A stretch of 64,000 nt of DNA from the human T2T-CHM13v2.0 reference genome, Homo sapiens. The DNA lies in the NCBI RefSeq assembly GCF_009914755.1, contig NC_060925.1. One strand, given 5' to 3'. The notes beneath the pieces were generated by a model, which made no database searches, had not been told where the DNA came from, and was given only the letters and a program-made list of their open reading frames with translations. Below, in pieces: positions 1-19,157 of the stretch (position 1 is its first letter; each line of letters opens with the position of its first letter). Made by a program: the position numbers and the translations under genes.

Positions 1-2910
1 TGGGTATATACACAATAATGGGATTGCTGAGTCAAATGGTAATTCTGCTTTGAATTATTTGAGAAATTGCAAAACTGCTTTCCATAGTGGCTGAACTAAT
101 TTGCATTTTCACTAGCAGTTTGTAAGCACTCCCCTTTCTCTGCAACCTTACCAGCATCTGTTGTTTTGACTTTTTAATAATAGCCATTCTGACTGGTATG
201 AGATGATATCTCATTGTGGTTTTGATTTGCATGTCTCTAACAATTAGTGATGTTGAACATTTTTTCATATGATTTTTGGCCATGTGTACATCTCTTTTGA
301 GAAGTGTCTGTTCATGCCCTTTGTCCATTTTTTAATGAGGTTACTTTTTGTTTGTAAATCTTTTTAAGTTCCTTATAGACTGTGGATATTAGACCTTTGT
401 TGAATGCATAGTTTGCAAATATTTTCTCCCATTCAGTAAGTTGTCTGTTGACTCTGTTGACAGTTTCTTTTGCTGTACAGAAGTTCTTTAGTCTAATTAG
501 GTCACATTTGTCAATTTTTTTTTATTGCAATTGCTTTGGGCATCTTCATCATGAAATCTTTGCCAGGGCATACGTCCAAATTGGTATTTCCTAAGGATTT
601 TATTAGTTTTTACAGTTTTAGGTTTTAATTTTTTACAGTTTTAGGTTTTACACTGAAGTATTTAATCCATCTTGAGTTGATTTTTGTATGTGGTATAAGG
701 AAGGGGTATAGTTTCAATCTTCTCCATGTAGCTAGCTAGTTATCCCAGGGCCAATGGGGACTCCCTTCTCCATTGCTTGTTTTTATGACGTTTGTCAAAG
801 TTCAGATGGTTGTAGGTGTTTGGCTTTATTTCTGGGCTCTCTATTCTGTTCTAGTGGTCTACATGTCTGTTTTTGTATCAGTACCATGCTGTTTTGGTTA
901 CTGTAGCCCTGTAGTATAGTTTGAAGTCAGGTAATGTAATGCCTCCAGATTTGTTCTTTTTGCTTAGTCTTTCTTTGGCTATGTGGGCTCTTTTTTGGTT
1001 TCATATGAATTTTAGGATTGTTTTTTCTAGTCCTGTGATGAATGATGGTGGTATTTTGATGGGAATTGCATTGAATTTGTAGAATGGCAGTATGATCATT
1101 TTCACAATATTGATTCTACCCATCCATGAGCATGAGATGTGTTTCCAATTGTTTGTGTTGCCTGTGATTTCTTTCAGCAGTGTTGTGTTTTCCTTGTAGA
1201 GGTCTTTCAACTCCTTAAGTATATTCCTAAGTATTTTATTAATTTTTTAATTTTTTGCAGCTATTGTAAAAATGGTTGAGTTCTTGATTTTATTCTCAGC
1301 TTGGTCACAGTTGGTGCATAGCCGGGCTACTGATTTGTGTACATTAATTTTGTAACCTGAAACTTTTGCTGAATTAATTTACCAGTTCTAAGAGCTTTTT
1401 GGATGAGTCTTTAGGGTTTTCTAGATATACACTCGTGTCATTAGCAAAAGCAATAGTTTGACTTCCTCTTTACCAATTTGGATGCCCTTTGTTTCTTTCT
1501 CTTGTCTGATCGTTCTGGCTAGGACTTCCAGTACTATGTTGAATAGAAGTGGTAAGAGTGGGCATCCTTGTCTTGTTCTGTTTCTCAGAGGGAATGCTTC
1601 CAACTTTTTCCCATTCAGTATAATGTTGGCCGTGGGTTTGTCATAGATGGCTTTTATTACCTTAAGGTATGTCCCTTCTATGCTGACTTTGCTGAGAGTT
1701 TTAATCATAAAGGGATGCTGGATTTTGTCAAATGTTTTTTCTGCATCTGTTAAGATAATCAAGTGATTTTTTTGTTTTTAATTCTATTTATGTGGTGTAT
1801 CACAGTTATTGACTTGCATATGTTAAACTCTCACTGGTGTGAAACCCACTCGATCATGGTGGATTATCTTTTTTATATGCTGTTGTATTTGGTTAGCTAG
1901 TGTTTTGTTGATGATTTTTTGCATCTATGTTCATCAGGGATATTGGTCTGTAGTTTTCTCTCTCTCTTTTTTTTTTTAAGTTATGTCCTTTTCTGGGTTT
2001 GTTATTAGGGTGATTCTGGCTTCATAGAATGATTTATGGAGGATTTCCTCTTTCTCTATCTTTCGGAATAGCGTCAATGGGATTGGTACCAATTTTTCTT
2101 TGAACGTCTGACAGAATTCAGCTGTAAATCTGTCTGGCCCTGGACTATTTTTCCTTGGTTACTTTTTAATTACCATTTCAATCTTGCTGCTTGTTGTTGG
2201 TCTTTTCAGAGTTTCTAATTCTTCCTGGTTTAATCTAGAAAGGTTGTACATTTCCAAGAATTTATTCATCTTCTCTAGGTTTTCTAGTTTATTCAAATAG
2301 AGGTGTTCATAGCAGCCTTGAATGATCTTTTGAGTTTCTGTGTTATTGGTTGTAATAGCTCCTGTTTTATTTCTAATTGAGCTTATTTGTGTCTTCTCTC
2401 TTCTTTTCCTGGTTAATCTCAAAAATGGTTTATCGATTTTATTTATCCTTTTAAAAAACCAGCTTTTTCTTTCATTTATCTTTTTGTATTTTTTTGTTTG
2501 AATTTCATTTAGTTATGTTCTGAACTTGTTTATTTCTTTTCTACTGGGCTTGTGGTTTGGTTTGTGACCTTAGATTTTCTATTTGTGCTCTTTCAGACTT
2601 TGATGTAAGCATTTAATGCTATGAACTTTCCTCTTAGCACCACCTTTGCTGTATCTCAGAGGTTTTGATAGGTTATGCCACTATTATTGTTCAATTAAAA
2701 GAATTTTTAAATTTTCCATCTTGATTGTTGACTATTATTGACCCAATGATCATTCAGGAGCAAGTTTTTAATTTCCATATATTTGCATGGTTTTGAGGAT
2801 TCCTTTTGGATTTGATTTCCAATTTTATTCCACTGTGGTCTGAGAGAGTACTTGATATAATTTCAGTTTTCTTAAATTTATTGAGACTTGTTTTGTGGCC
2901 TATCATATGG
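1..2910 (-). mobile_element. LINE-1 ORF2 body (L1PB / old L1PA type), degenerate, continues off the window start
   Basis: Minus-strand ORF fragments are L1 ORF2 peptides ([56 protein letters not shown]), broken by stops and frameshifts. Confidence 0.93.
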
Positions 2911-3772
2911 GAGTGTGTTTCTCAGGCCAATGGAGTTATGTTTCCAGGGGGGATTATGGCTGCCTTTTCTGTGTGATGCAGGTCGCCAGGGAAGTGGGGG
3001 AAAGCTGGCAGTTAAAGGCCTCACCCAGCTCCCATGGAGCCCAAAAGGCCGATCTCACTCCCACTGTGCCCGCCCGATGGCACCAAGTTTATTTCCAAGT
3101 AGTGGGTGAGCAGGGCTGAGAACTTGCCCCATGTTCCCAGACTCCCAGTTGAGAAAGCAAACAGGGTTTTTAGGTTTTGTGCCTCCCTGCCTCCAGCAGC
3201 TTCTGTGCTGTGTCTGCACTCCTGATTCACCCCCTCCCCTGAGTTCTGTCTGGGAAACTTTGCGTCCAGTTGAAATTGTTACAACATTCAACTGGAAGTT
3301 TCCTTCTCCCTGTGGTCTTTTCCCAGTTCCTCTGGCAGCCCTCCCTAAAGATCCCTCTGAGACAAAGTCAGAAATGGCTTCCCTAGGGACCAAGAGAGCC
3401 CACAGGCTCTTCCTGCTGCTGCTGCTTCTACTCCTGTATTTTGCTCAGCTCTCTAAGTTTGTCTCAGCTCCAGGTAAGGTCAAATCCTTCTCCTATGATC
3501 TGGACCTTCAGGTTCCCCAGTGAAGGTGTGTGTTTGGGGGAGGATGGTTCCTCTTTCACACTTGGGACACTCGCAGTTTTTTGGCTGTCTCCCAGGGCCA
3601 GCAGGAGCAATCCACTTCCTTCAAAGGGTCTGTGAATTCTCTTAGCTTTCCTGGTATGTTCTGTAGTAGTTCTTGGAACAAAAGTTCATGATATGAGTCT
3701 CTACATGCTGCTACATCCACACGAGTGGGAGCTACAATTTAGTCCTGCCTTCTATCTGCCATTTTTCTCCTC
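2911..3772 (-). mobile_element. L1PB-type 5'UTR joined directly to ORF2 (ORF1 missing)
   Basis: Higher-GC block whose minus strand begins AAAATGGCAGATAGAAGGCAGGACTAAATTGTAGCTCCC, matching the recalled L1PB 5' terminus. Confidence 0.75.
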
Positions 3773-4610
3773 CTGCCTGGCTTCTAGTGCAGAGCATGAG
3801 TGGAATTACCTGCACTGCCATCAGGGCATTTCCCAGGACAGTAGGAGACTGCACTCTCTGACTTAGTCCACACAAAAGTGGGACCACTCTGCCAAAAGCT
3901 CTAGCAGATGTTGCCTTCCTGGGTACCAGTGGCAGAAGTGGGTGCGGTCACACACCCTGACATCCAGGTACTACCCAGATCAACAGGAGACTGCACCATC
4001 CAGCTGAGTTCAGACAGAAGTGGGACCGCTGAGTCAGAAGCATTGCCCACCTGGCTGCCCACTTCAGACTGAAGTGGGACCACTGGGCCAGAAGTCGTCA
4101 GCCTGTTCTGGCAAGGTGTGGATGGAGCAATCTTACTGTTCCCAGGCACCATATTTGTAGCCTTTACTGGGGCTATGGTATCAGTGCTTGTCTGCTCTGG
4201 GGCCCAAGGCTTGTAGAGGCCCCCTGGACTCAAGCATTGACCCACAAAACATCTAGGTGGCTCTCTGCCTCAGTCTAGAAGCATGGTTGGGGGATGCAGT
4301 GGGGGAAGGGGGATTCTCCCATTCCCAGCCTTGCCCGGGTCCCTGTGGAGAGTGTGAATCCCCTAGAGGGCTCCCATTCACTCACCCTTTCCCATGTTAA
4401 AGAGGGTCTCCTGGCTCCCTGCTGAGTCCAGACAGGCTGGCACCCAGCTTCACTCCTCTCTGCTCTCTGTATCCCTGGTTGCCTTGCTGGATCTCAACGT
4501 GGTTTCTCAGATGATTGGCCTGCAGGATCGGTGTTCACAAGCCCATCCGTTTTTCTTCATGAGAGCAGCATACACGAGCTGCCTTTAGTCCACCATATTG
4601 GCCCCCTCCA
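3773..4610 (-). mobile_element. Second L1 5'UTR fragment (L1P4/L1PA15-16 or L1M-like)
   Basis: Minus strand begins GGGGGCCAATATGGTGGACTAAAGGCAGCTCG, resembling the L1 5' CAAGATGGCCGACTAGAAGCAGC motif. Subfamily uncertain. Confidence 0.6.
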
Positions 4611-5123
4611 CCAAGTATCCTTTCTTTATTTAAATCTGAGTTCTGAGCTATATCATTTTTCTTCTCCTTGAAAAATTTCTTTTAACATTCCTGCAGGGCA
4701 GGTGTGATAATGATACATTTCCATTGTGTGTCTGAGAAACTATTTTTCTCCTTCACTTTTAAAGAATAATTTTGCTGTATATAAAATTCTAAGGATGGTG
4801 AGTGTCTTTCTTTCAATGCTTTAAAAATTGCACTGAATTATTTTTTTTTTTGGTCTTGTTTCTGGCAAGATGTCTGATGTAATTCTTATTTTGTTCTTCT
4901 GTAGGTAAGATTTTTTCCCCTTCCATCTTCGTTTAAGATTTTCTCTTTGTCTTTGGGTTTCTGTAGTTTGAATATGATATACCTGGGTTTTAATTTTTTG
5001 GTATTAATATTTATCCTCTTTGGCTTTCCGTGAGCTTCCTGGATCTGTGGTTTGGTATCTGTGATTAATTTTTGAAAACTCTCATCCATTGTTATTTCAA
5101 GTATTTCTTTTCCTATATTTGCT

Positions 5124-5258
5124 CTCTTCTATTTCTAGAATTCAAATTAAATATATCCTCTTCTATTTCTAGAATTCAAATTAAATACATCCTCTTCTAT
5201 TTCTAGAATTCCAATTAAATATATCCTCTTCTATTTCTAGAATTCCAATTAAATATAT
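5124..5258. repeat. 34-bp minisatellite, 4 copies
   Basis: Unit CTCTTCTATTTCTAGAATTC(A/C)AATTAAATATATC starts at 5124, 5158, 5192 and 5226. Confidence 0.95.
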
Positions 5259-5446
5259 ACTTTTTTTTTGTAATTGTCTCACAATTCTTGAACATTCTGT
5301 TCTTTTTATTATCATTATTCTTTTATTTTGTCTTTGCATTTCAGTTTGTGACATTGCTACTGATGTATCTTCAAGCTCACTAATTCTTGTCTCAGCTGTG
5401 TCCAGTCTCCTGGTGAGCCTATAAAAAGCATTCTTTAGTTCTATTA

Positions 5447-5643
5447 CAGTAAGTCCTCACTTAACATCATTGATAGGTTCTTGAACACTGCAACTTTAAG
5501 TGACATACTGTGTAAGGAAACCAATTTTCCCGTAGGCTAATTGATATAAACAAGAGTAAGTTCCTACAGCATAGAGTACCTTGTTTTGCTTAAAGCTGCA
5601 ATGTCTGAGAACCTATGGATAGCATAAAGTAAGAACTTAACTA
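5447..5643 (+). mobile_element. TcMar-Tigger MITE (MER82-like), internally deleted
   Basis: TA|CAGTAAGTCCTCACTTAAC...GATAGGTTCTTG terminus, with a degenerate inverted end GAACCTAT...AAGTAAGAACTTAACT. Confidence 0.65.
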
Positions 5644-8009
5644 TATGGTGTTTTTCATTTCCAGCATTTCTTGATTCTTAGAGTTTCTGCCTCTCTACTT
5701 ACATTACCTATCTGTTCTTGCATGCTATTTTTTTGAATAGGGCCCTTCATATTAAACCATTGATTTTAAATTCCCTGTCTGATAATTCCAAAATCTGCAT
5801 CATATCTGAATCTGATTCAGATTTTTGCTTTGTTTCTTTATATTATGAGGCGGTTTTTCTTTTTACCTTTTTGTGTGATTTATCTATTTTTGTTTATAGA
5901 TATATTGAGTAATTATATATAATTATATTGAGTATTATATATAATGTATGTAATTATATTCAGTATTATGAAGCCAGATATATTGAGTAATTATAACTCA
6001 GATAATCAGGCCTCTAGTATGGAGATTCACTGTTCATCTGGTTACAGGTTGGGCTGTGTTTAATGTTTCCTATAGCTATAGGTGCCCAAGGCTTTAGTTT
6101 CCTCTAGAATCCTTGTTTTATTTTTCTACTCCATTTTCTTTGGGTTTCCCTAAGAAATCCTTCTAAAATAGTGTGGTAGTTCTTTCAGTTATAATCTACT
6201 TTTATTAATTTGTACCTCTGTTGATGTACCGATAAGGTATAGTAGAGGAAACGGTTCTACAATCTCATGTTTAAATCTGTTTTTTTTTTAGTGTGCCTGA
6301 GTCTCTAAGCTTCAGAAGTGTTTCTTTGCCTTTATTTTTATTTTTTGTTCATCTAGGTGAAACAGGAATGCTACAGAGGTCTAGAGTTGGCTCAGTGCTT
6401 TCACCCCAGGTAGATACAACTTTGGTAAAGTTGTTTCTCTATCCTGGGCCACAAACATATTCTCCTACTTTTTTCAGTTTAACTTTAGTTTCACCTTTCA
6501 CAATAAAGTCTTTAACTTAACTTTGTATGTAAAATTAATATTTACGTACAATTCCAAGCCCCCTACATGATCCAATCACCTCCTACCAGGGCCCCATCTC
6601 CACCATTGGGAATTACATTTCAACATGAGATTTGGGTGGGGACATAGCACCAAACCCTATCAGACATTAACCTTGGTCATGCAGCTGAGGTAATGTTTGT
6701 CAGGTTTCTTCACTATATAATCATTCTCATCATGTATTGAGCTAGGTTTATATTTCTTATGTAGTGAAGCAGGTTTCTCAGTGCTATCTACCAATTAGTT
6801 AGATGTGTATTTGTAATGGAAAAAAAGTATTGAGAGATTTCTCCCAATGTTGGGGGATGGAGTTTGGGGTAGGGCTGGAGGAATGAGAAAAAGCTTCACA
6901 GAGACCATGCTGTGCCATCTGAAGTGAACTTTGAAGGGAGGAGAGGACAATGGGGAAAGGCATTTCAGGCAGAATGATGCCAACAGAGCTAAGAGCCAAT
7001 AAAGCATCTATGAGTGAAATAGTAGTTGAATTGGAATCCACCCTGGAAATCATCTGTGGCCTAATTACCTCATTTCCTAGGTGAGTACTATAATTTGCCC
7101 AAGGTTACACAGCTAGAAATTTGTAGAGCTGGGATTCAAACTCAGGAGAGTGACTTCAGCACTTATTTTCCCAACACAGAAGGAGGTTAAGACCTACTCA
7201 GGGTGGCCCAGCCAATCAGATGCATAGCCAGGACAAAGCCATCAGTTCCTGTCTCCCAGTTCCTCTACTTTCACAAGTATACACCTTGAAACATAATGCT
7301 CAGAAATCCTATGGGAATTTTAGTGATGGAGTTAACATAGTCCTCTGGGGTTAAGGGAAATAAGGTTCTGTAGGAATCAGAAATCAAATATTCTCAGGAG
7401 GCAGAGAGGATTTATAGAGTAGCACTAATTACAGTTTTGAATATGCTGCCAGCATAGTCTTCTTAATTAAATGAGCCAGAATACTTCTTTGGAAACTTTC
7501 CTAGATGATCAGGTCTGTGTAAGTGAATACTTATGCCTTATACTCAAAGGAATGCACCAACCACCTAAAGCCAGCTCTCCCCTTGAAGAAGAGAGTGGTG
7601 GGAGGAGAGTAGGACTAGCAGAGAAGGGCCTTTCCAGGAGTGATATCATTATAGCAATTAGAAGTAGATTAGATGTTCACACAACAGTACAAATGGATGT
7701 GAAAAACATAGTGTTTACTGAAAAACAGTAAGAAAAAGAGATGAGGTATATGGCACTTCATCATTTATGTAAATTAAAGAGGTATGCCCACAAAACAATA
7801 TTATACATTTTGCAGGAACACATTCATACAACATACATACTAAGCACATTAGAGCAGTTGTCCACAGGAGGCAGGGAAAGAACATGACTAAGCAGGATAT
7901 GCATATATCTTTATATACATCGATTGTGTTTGTGTGTCTGTGTTACGATCCTGAGCAATGACAAGGACAGCAGCATTAAATGACTTTTTAGAAGCCCTCA
8001 TACTTCTTG

Positions 8010-8840
8010 GCACTATTCAGATTTCCTCATTTTCTTTTTTTCTAGCGTCCTTTTTCTGTCTCAGGATCCTAATCATGTTACCACATTACACTTGGTGATC
8101 ATGTCTCCTTAGCTGCTTCTTGGTTCTGACAGTTTCTCAGATTTTCCCTGTTTCTAATGATCTTAACAGTTTTGAGGACTACTAGTCAGGTATTTTGTAG
8201 AAATTGGTATTGGAATTTGTCTGGTGTTTTTCTCATGATTAAACTGACATAATACATTTTTGGAGGAAGACCACAGATGTACATAATCATTCTCATCATA
8301 TCATATCAAGAGTACATATGATCAATGAGACTTATCACTTTCATGTTGTATTACTCTGTTCTTACACTGCTATAACGAAATACCTAAAACTGGGTAACTT
8401 ACATAGAAAAGAGGTTTTAATAGGCTCACAGTTCTGTGGACTGTACAAGCTTCTGCTTCTGGGGAGACCTTGGGAAAGTTGCAATCATGGTGGAAGGCAA
8501 AGGGGAAGCAAGTACATATTCACATGGCTGGCAGGAGAGGGAGAATGAAAAAGGAGGTGCTACACACTTTTCAAACAACCAGGTCTCCTGAGAACTCTAT
8601 TATAAGACAGCATTAGGGGGATGGTGTTAAACCATTAGAAACCACCCAAATGTTCCAATTACCTCCCACCAGGCCTCACCTCCAACATTGGGAATTACAG
8701 TACAACATGAGATTTGCGTGGGGACACAGAGCCAAACTATATCAGATATTAACCTTGATCACCTGGCTGAGGTAATGTTTATCAGGTTTCTTCACTATAA
8801 AGTTACTCTTCTTTTTCTCTTTCCATATCATACTTACAGA
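8010..8840 (-). mobile_element. L1MC-type 3' fragment interrupted by an MST LTR
   Basis: Recalled L1MC 3'UTR motifs (TGACAGTTTCTCAGA...GTCAGGTATTTTGTAGAA; TTAACCTTGATCACCTGGCTGAGGT). Confidence 0.65.
8347..8744. mobile_element. ERVL-MaLR solo LTR (MSTA/MSTB)
   Basis: TGTATTACTCTGTTCTTACACTGCTATAA...CATGAGATTTGCGTGGGGACACAGAGCCAAACTATATCA; TG...CA ends, about 400 bp. Confidence 0.85.
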
Positions 8841-9705
8841 TTACTTACTTTAAAACTTTAAGGCTAATTAATAGGATTACAATAGCCAATGTTTACAATG
8901 AAGTGTTTTAAATTATTAATAACAAAAAGGTTTTTAGACAAGATGGACAAGATGCTTCCTTTTTCCTGCACTAACAGTGGGAGAGATGTTTTCTTCTGAC
9001 TCATAAAGCTTGTACAGAGAATCTGATTTCTTAAAGTCTTGAGTTGACATTTACAAGGATGTTGATCTTGTTTTCCTTCATAATTTGGAGATGTAAATAT
9101 TTCAAACTTTCCTATTGGTTCTGCTATTTGTAAATATACAGCTGTCCTTGGACACATAAGGTGAGAATAATTATAGCATATCACAGTAACAATGTAAGAA
9201 TCAAGGGGACTGATAAGCAAGGGACTGAGAATGTTGGAGGAAAGGACCTTGTTAACATGGCAACTCAAGGACAGCTTCATGAAAGTCTTAACATACAAGT
9301 GTTATTTGAACAAGTAGAGGAGGCCAACAGTACACCACATGCACTAAGGCAGGAAAGGAAAGAACATGACGTATAGGCAAAGTCTGCCATGTGAGAGCAT
9401 AGGGTGTGTAGAACTTATGCAACAGGCTAAAGAGTTTGCACTTCATTCTGTAATCCTGAGTGTGGAGGACAATGGCATTTTTGGGCAAGGAGAGTAATAT
9501 GATCAGATCTGAGCTTTAGAAAAATAACTGGCAACTATCTAAATGAAATTTGAAGGATAAGAGCCTGGAGAGAAACATAGAAGTTATTATTAAAAACTAT
9601 GAAAGAATATATACAAAAGAGGGGATATTGAAAATAGGAGTAAAAATATGTAGAGAGATTATGGAGGCAGAATAGACAGGCCTTGGGGCCAATTTCATAG
9701 CTAAC

Positions 9706-11521
9706 AGTGGCAGAGACTGGCAAGATCCTTACCAAACCTGTATCTTCCTCTTCCTGGGCACACAGCTGGACTACATTTCCCAGCCTCTCTGGCATTAGGC
9801 ACAGCTATGACTGACTCTCCAGCCAAAATGAACATTATGGGTGAAAGTCATGTATGCCACTTTCAGACCTATCCTTCTACCATAAGACTGGAATGGAGAG
9901 AACTTTCAAGACCACTCTGAGAGTCATGCATAGAATATAATAGAACTATGGGGTAGAAGGAGCTGTAGCTCCCAAATTACTTCCTGGAGAATTACTCAGC
10001 CTGCAATAGACTTTGAGACAACTGAGAAATAAACTATTTCCCTACTGAGCCTTTATATGCTTGGACTTTTCTGTAATCACAGCATACTGTGGACTACCCT
10101 AACCAAATTAAACATTGATACTTTGAAGTGGGTGCTCCTACAACAGAAAACTAAAGCATGTGACCTGGGCTGGTGAGGAGACAAATTATTAGAGACTGGA
10201 ATGGCTGAGGAGCCCTGTTTTGCTATGCCAAACTATTTGACAAAATGGTTGCCTGCCTAAAGTTCTAGAAAAGTGATTGTAAGTCAGAAAGATAGTGTGT
10301 GTTGGCCACTATGGCTGCTTTGAGTAAGATATTACAAGACAAAGGTGTGCTTGGGCAAAAATTGTGTGTGGCAAGCACAGGTGAAAGGAAACAGAGAATA
10401 TCTAATGTTGGGCTTTGAATAGAAGAGGAAAAAACTGCTTCTAGATCCTGAATAAAAAGAAAAAAGATACAGGAAGCCAGAAAAGTCCATTAGACTCACT
10501 TGGTAGTACAGATGAGATGAAGGGTGTTGATGTCTCATGAGCCTGCTAGCTTCAAGTTAGTAAGAGAGGCATGGCGGGTAGTTAGACAGAGAAAGAAAAC
10601 ATATTTGAAGGGTGCATCAGAAAAGAAGTGCTGTTAATGACACAGGAAACAGATTTTCAACAAATGAAACAAAAACCTACTACTGTTTGAGGCAATTTTA
10701 CTACCAAAGAAACCATAAGCCGGGTCTAGAAAAGTCTGTATTATGGAGAGTTGCTTTTTAAAGAAAATCTCAGGAAGAAAGTGAGTGTACTTGGGTCTAC
10801 TCTAACACCCATGTTGGAGATGAACAAATATGAAAATGAACAGGGAAGAGCTTCCCAAAGAACAAGACTAGGGGCCTCCCAGAACAGTGAGTGAGAAAGA
10901 TCATCCCATAGAGCAGATCACAGCCTAACTAAGGACTTCCTCGTTTAGGGTAGAGAGCCTTTACAATGTCTGCCTAGTGGGATTTCTGAATTGCCAAGGT
11001 CCAGTGACCACAGTGTGCCTCACATTCTTCCTCTGTTTTCTAATGGGCGTTCATTATGATTATCTTATTCTTCCTCTGTAATCATGTGCATGGTGAGTGG
11101 CCCTGGGGGTAATGGGGAATAACTTTCCTTTTTCATTAATAGGTCACCAAACTCGAGAAGCAAAATCAGCACCTGATGGCAATTGCTGCCCATCACTCAG
11201 AGATCCTGGACTTGAGGCTGAATGCTGTGATGGGATAGGATTTGAGGGAAGGGCACAAGTGTGTTCTTTGTGTGAGAAGCAGAGTGAAATTGCTTTTTGA
11301 CAACCAGTAGGGCAGTCTGTGTGAAAAAGTGACTAAGGGCTCACCAAGCCTGATTCCTCTTCTTTCTAGGCACACATGAAGACTGCATTTCCCAGCCTTC
11401 CTTAGAGTTATCTGAGGCCATGTGACTGAGTTATGGCCAATGGAATGTGAGTTATGGCCAATGGAATGTGAATGGGTCTGTTTGTTACCACAGCAGAATC
11501 TAGCCTACCTAGACTAACACA
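9706..11521 (+). mobile_element. MLT1 (MLT1I/J-like) MaLR provirus: LTR-internal-LTR
   Basis: Two related LTRs (~9706-10110 and 11318-11521) share the motif GGCACACA...GACT(A/G)CATTTCCCAGCCT. The internal part starts ATTGATACTTTGAAGTGGGTGCT and ends CCAGTAGGGCAGTC|TGTG. Confidence 0.7.
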
Positions 11522-11524
11522 CTA

Positions 11525-11680
11525 GCATTTATAGATTACAAGTATTTGCTACGTGCTCCATGTATATTAGCTCATTTAACCAACAAAACCAACCCAATGA
11601 GATAGGTGCAAGTATAATATAATCTCCATTTTACACTGAGGACACTGAAACTGAGAGAAGCCCCAAATCATACAAATAAT
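11525..11680 (-). mobile_element. MIR
   Basis: CTCATTTAA...ATCTCCATTTTACACTGAGGACACTGAAACTGAGAG core. Confidence 0.6.
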
Positions 11681-12404
11681 AAGAGATAGACCATTGTACT
11701 TGGGAGGGTCCTCTCTAACACCCACTTTGGAGATGGACAAATACGAAAATGAACAGTGAAGAACTTCCCAAAGATCAAGACTAGGGGCCTCCTAGAACAG
11801 TGAGTTATAGAGATCATCCCATAGAGCAGAATCACGGACTAACTAAGGAAGTTATCTTATTTATCTAAGAGCACAAGAGATAGAGCATTGTGGTGAAGAG
11901 TTTCTATCACTTCTTGAGGCCAAAGATAATTTCTATGTTACTTGGAAACTAGAACAACAGCAGAGATAATAATATAATCCTAGAATATTGGGAAGGTCCC
12001 TGGCAACCTTGGTGAGGAAAGCACATGCAGTATTGGAGACATGAGCTAGTGTGCAAGGGACTGGGGTGTTCACAGGTGGACATCCACAAGCTGCATGCAT
12101 TGGTGGCTCCAGAATTTCTGTGTCAGTGGCTAAAGGGCCGTCATTGAGTTGGCATGAGGCTTGAAATGCATATGCATAGTACTTTCCATTAGTTACAGAA
12201 AATGCCAATATTCTTTACTTGAAAATGGGACAAGGAAAGCAACAGAGTTTGAGGGCCTAAATCCCACTTATGCCAGCCCTGAGTACTTCCTATATGCTTG
12301 TGGTCAAGCCCAGCCTCATCTCTCCCAGCTTCTCTTCACACACTGGAAGCCTCACCCAATCCAAACCCTGCCACCCTACCCTTTCTCACTTCTGTGAGCA
12401 GCTA

Positions 12405-12600
12405 GGTGGCCGAGTGGTGAGCGTGTCCTAAATATTCATCCAGAGCCGAGTTTGAATTCTGGCTCTGCAATTTATTGTCACTAGTATAACCTCGGGCACG
12501 TCTATAATAATACCTACCTATGAGGATTGTCATGAGGTTTCAATGAAATCATGTATATGATGTGTTTAACATAGTGCCTGGCCCATAATACGCACTTAAA
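12405..12600 (+). mobile_element. MIR
   Basis: TTTGAATTCTGGCTCTGC...AATACCTACCTATGAGGATTGTCATGAGG...ATAGTGCCTGGC. Confidence 0.65.
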
Positions 12601-13045
12601 GTAAAAAAAAAAAAAACTTTTGATGTGTGAAATTCCAGTATTTTCAGCTTCAAACAACATCTCCTAGATAGCTGCTCACACCCATAAGTGGGAGACAGAT
12701 TCTCTGCAGACCATGTATTCTGATTTAGGGTGTTGAAAAGAGAGTCAATACATAGCAATTGGAGTCCACAGGAAAGAGGACTCATCGGGGCCTGGGATGG
12801 TCAGCAAAGCCGTCTGGAGGAAACTGCACTTGGATGCAGTTTGAAGGTGGAGTTGATTCATCCAGGAAGAAGTGAGTGGGCGAGGCATGGACAAATGCTT
12901 AAAAGCAGGAAGCACACGGTATTTCATGGTGGTGATTTTTATTTTGCTAATATAGGCTCTACCCAGGGTATCAATGAGAGCTATGTTAAAAAGGTAGCTT
13001 AGGGAAAGATTATAAGGGTCTTGAAATTTCTCCCTCCCTTCTTTT

Positions 13046-19157
<6,112 letters not shown>

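Larger units (their letters stand above)
4611..6500 (-). mobile_element. Ancient L1M ORF1/5' region remnant
   Basis: ORF 4886-5089 (PQIQEAHGKPKRIN...PRYIIFKLQKPKDKEKIL) is L1 ORF1p-like; T-rich + strand. Boundaries approximate. Confidence 0.75.

Noticed and set aside
5124-5258. CRISPR-like periodic 34-bp repeats
   Set aside because: Head-to-tail copies with no spacers and no cas genes, in primate DNA.
11427-11471. Small tandem duplications (21 bp here; also 607-650 and 25689-25721)
   Set aside because: Common slippage products with no sign of function.
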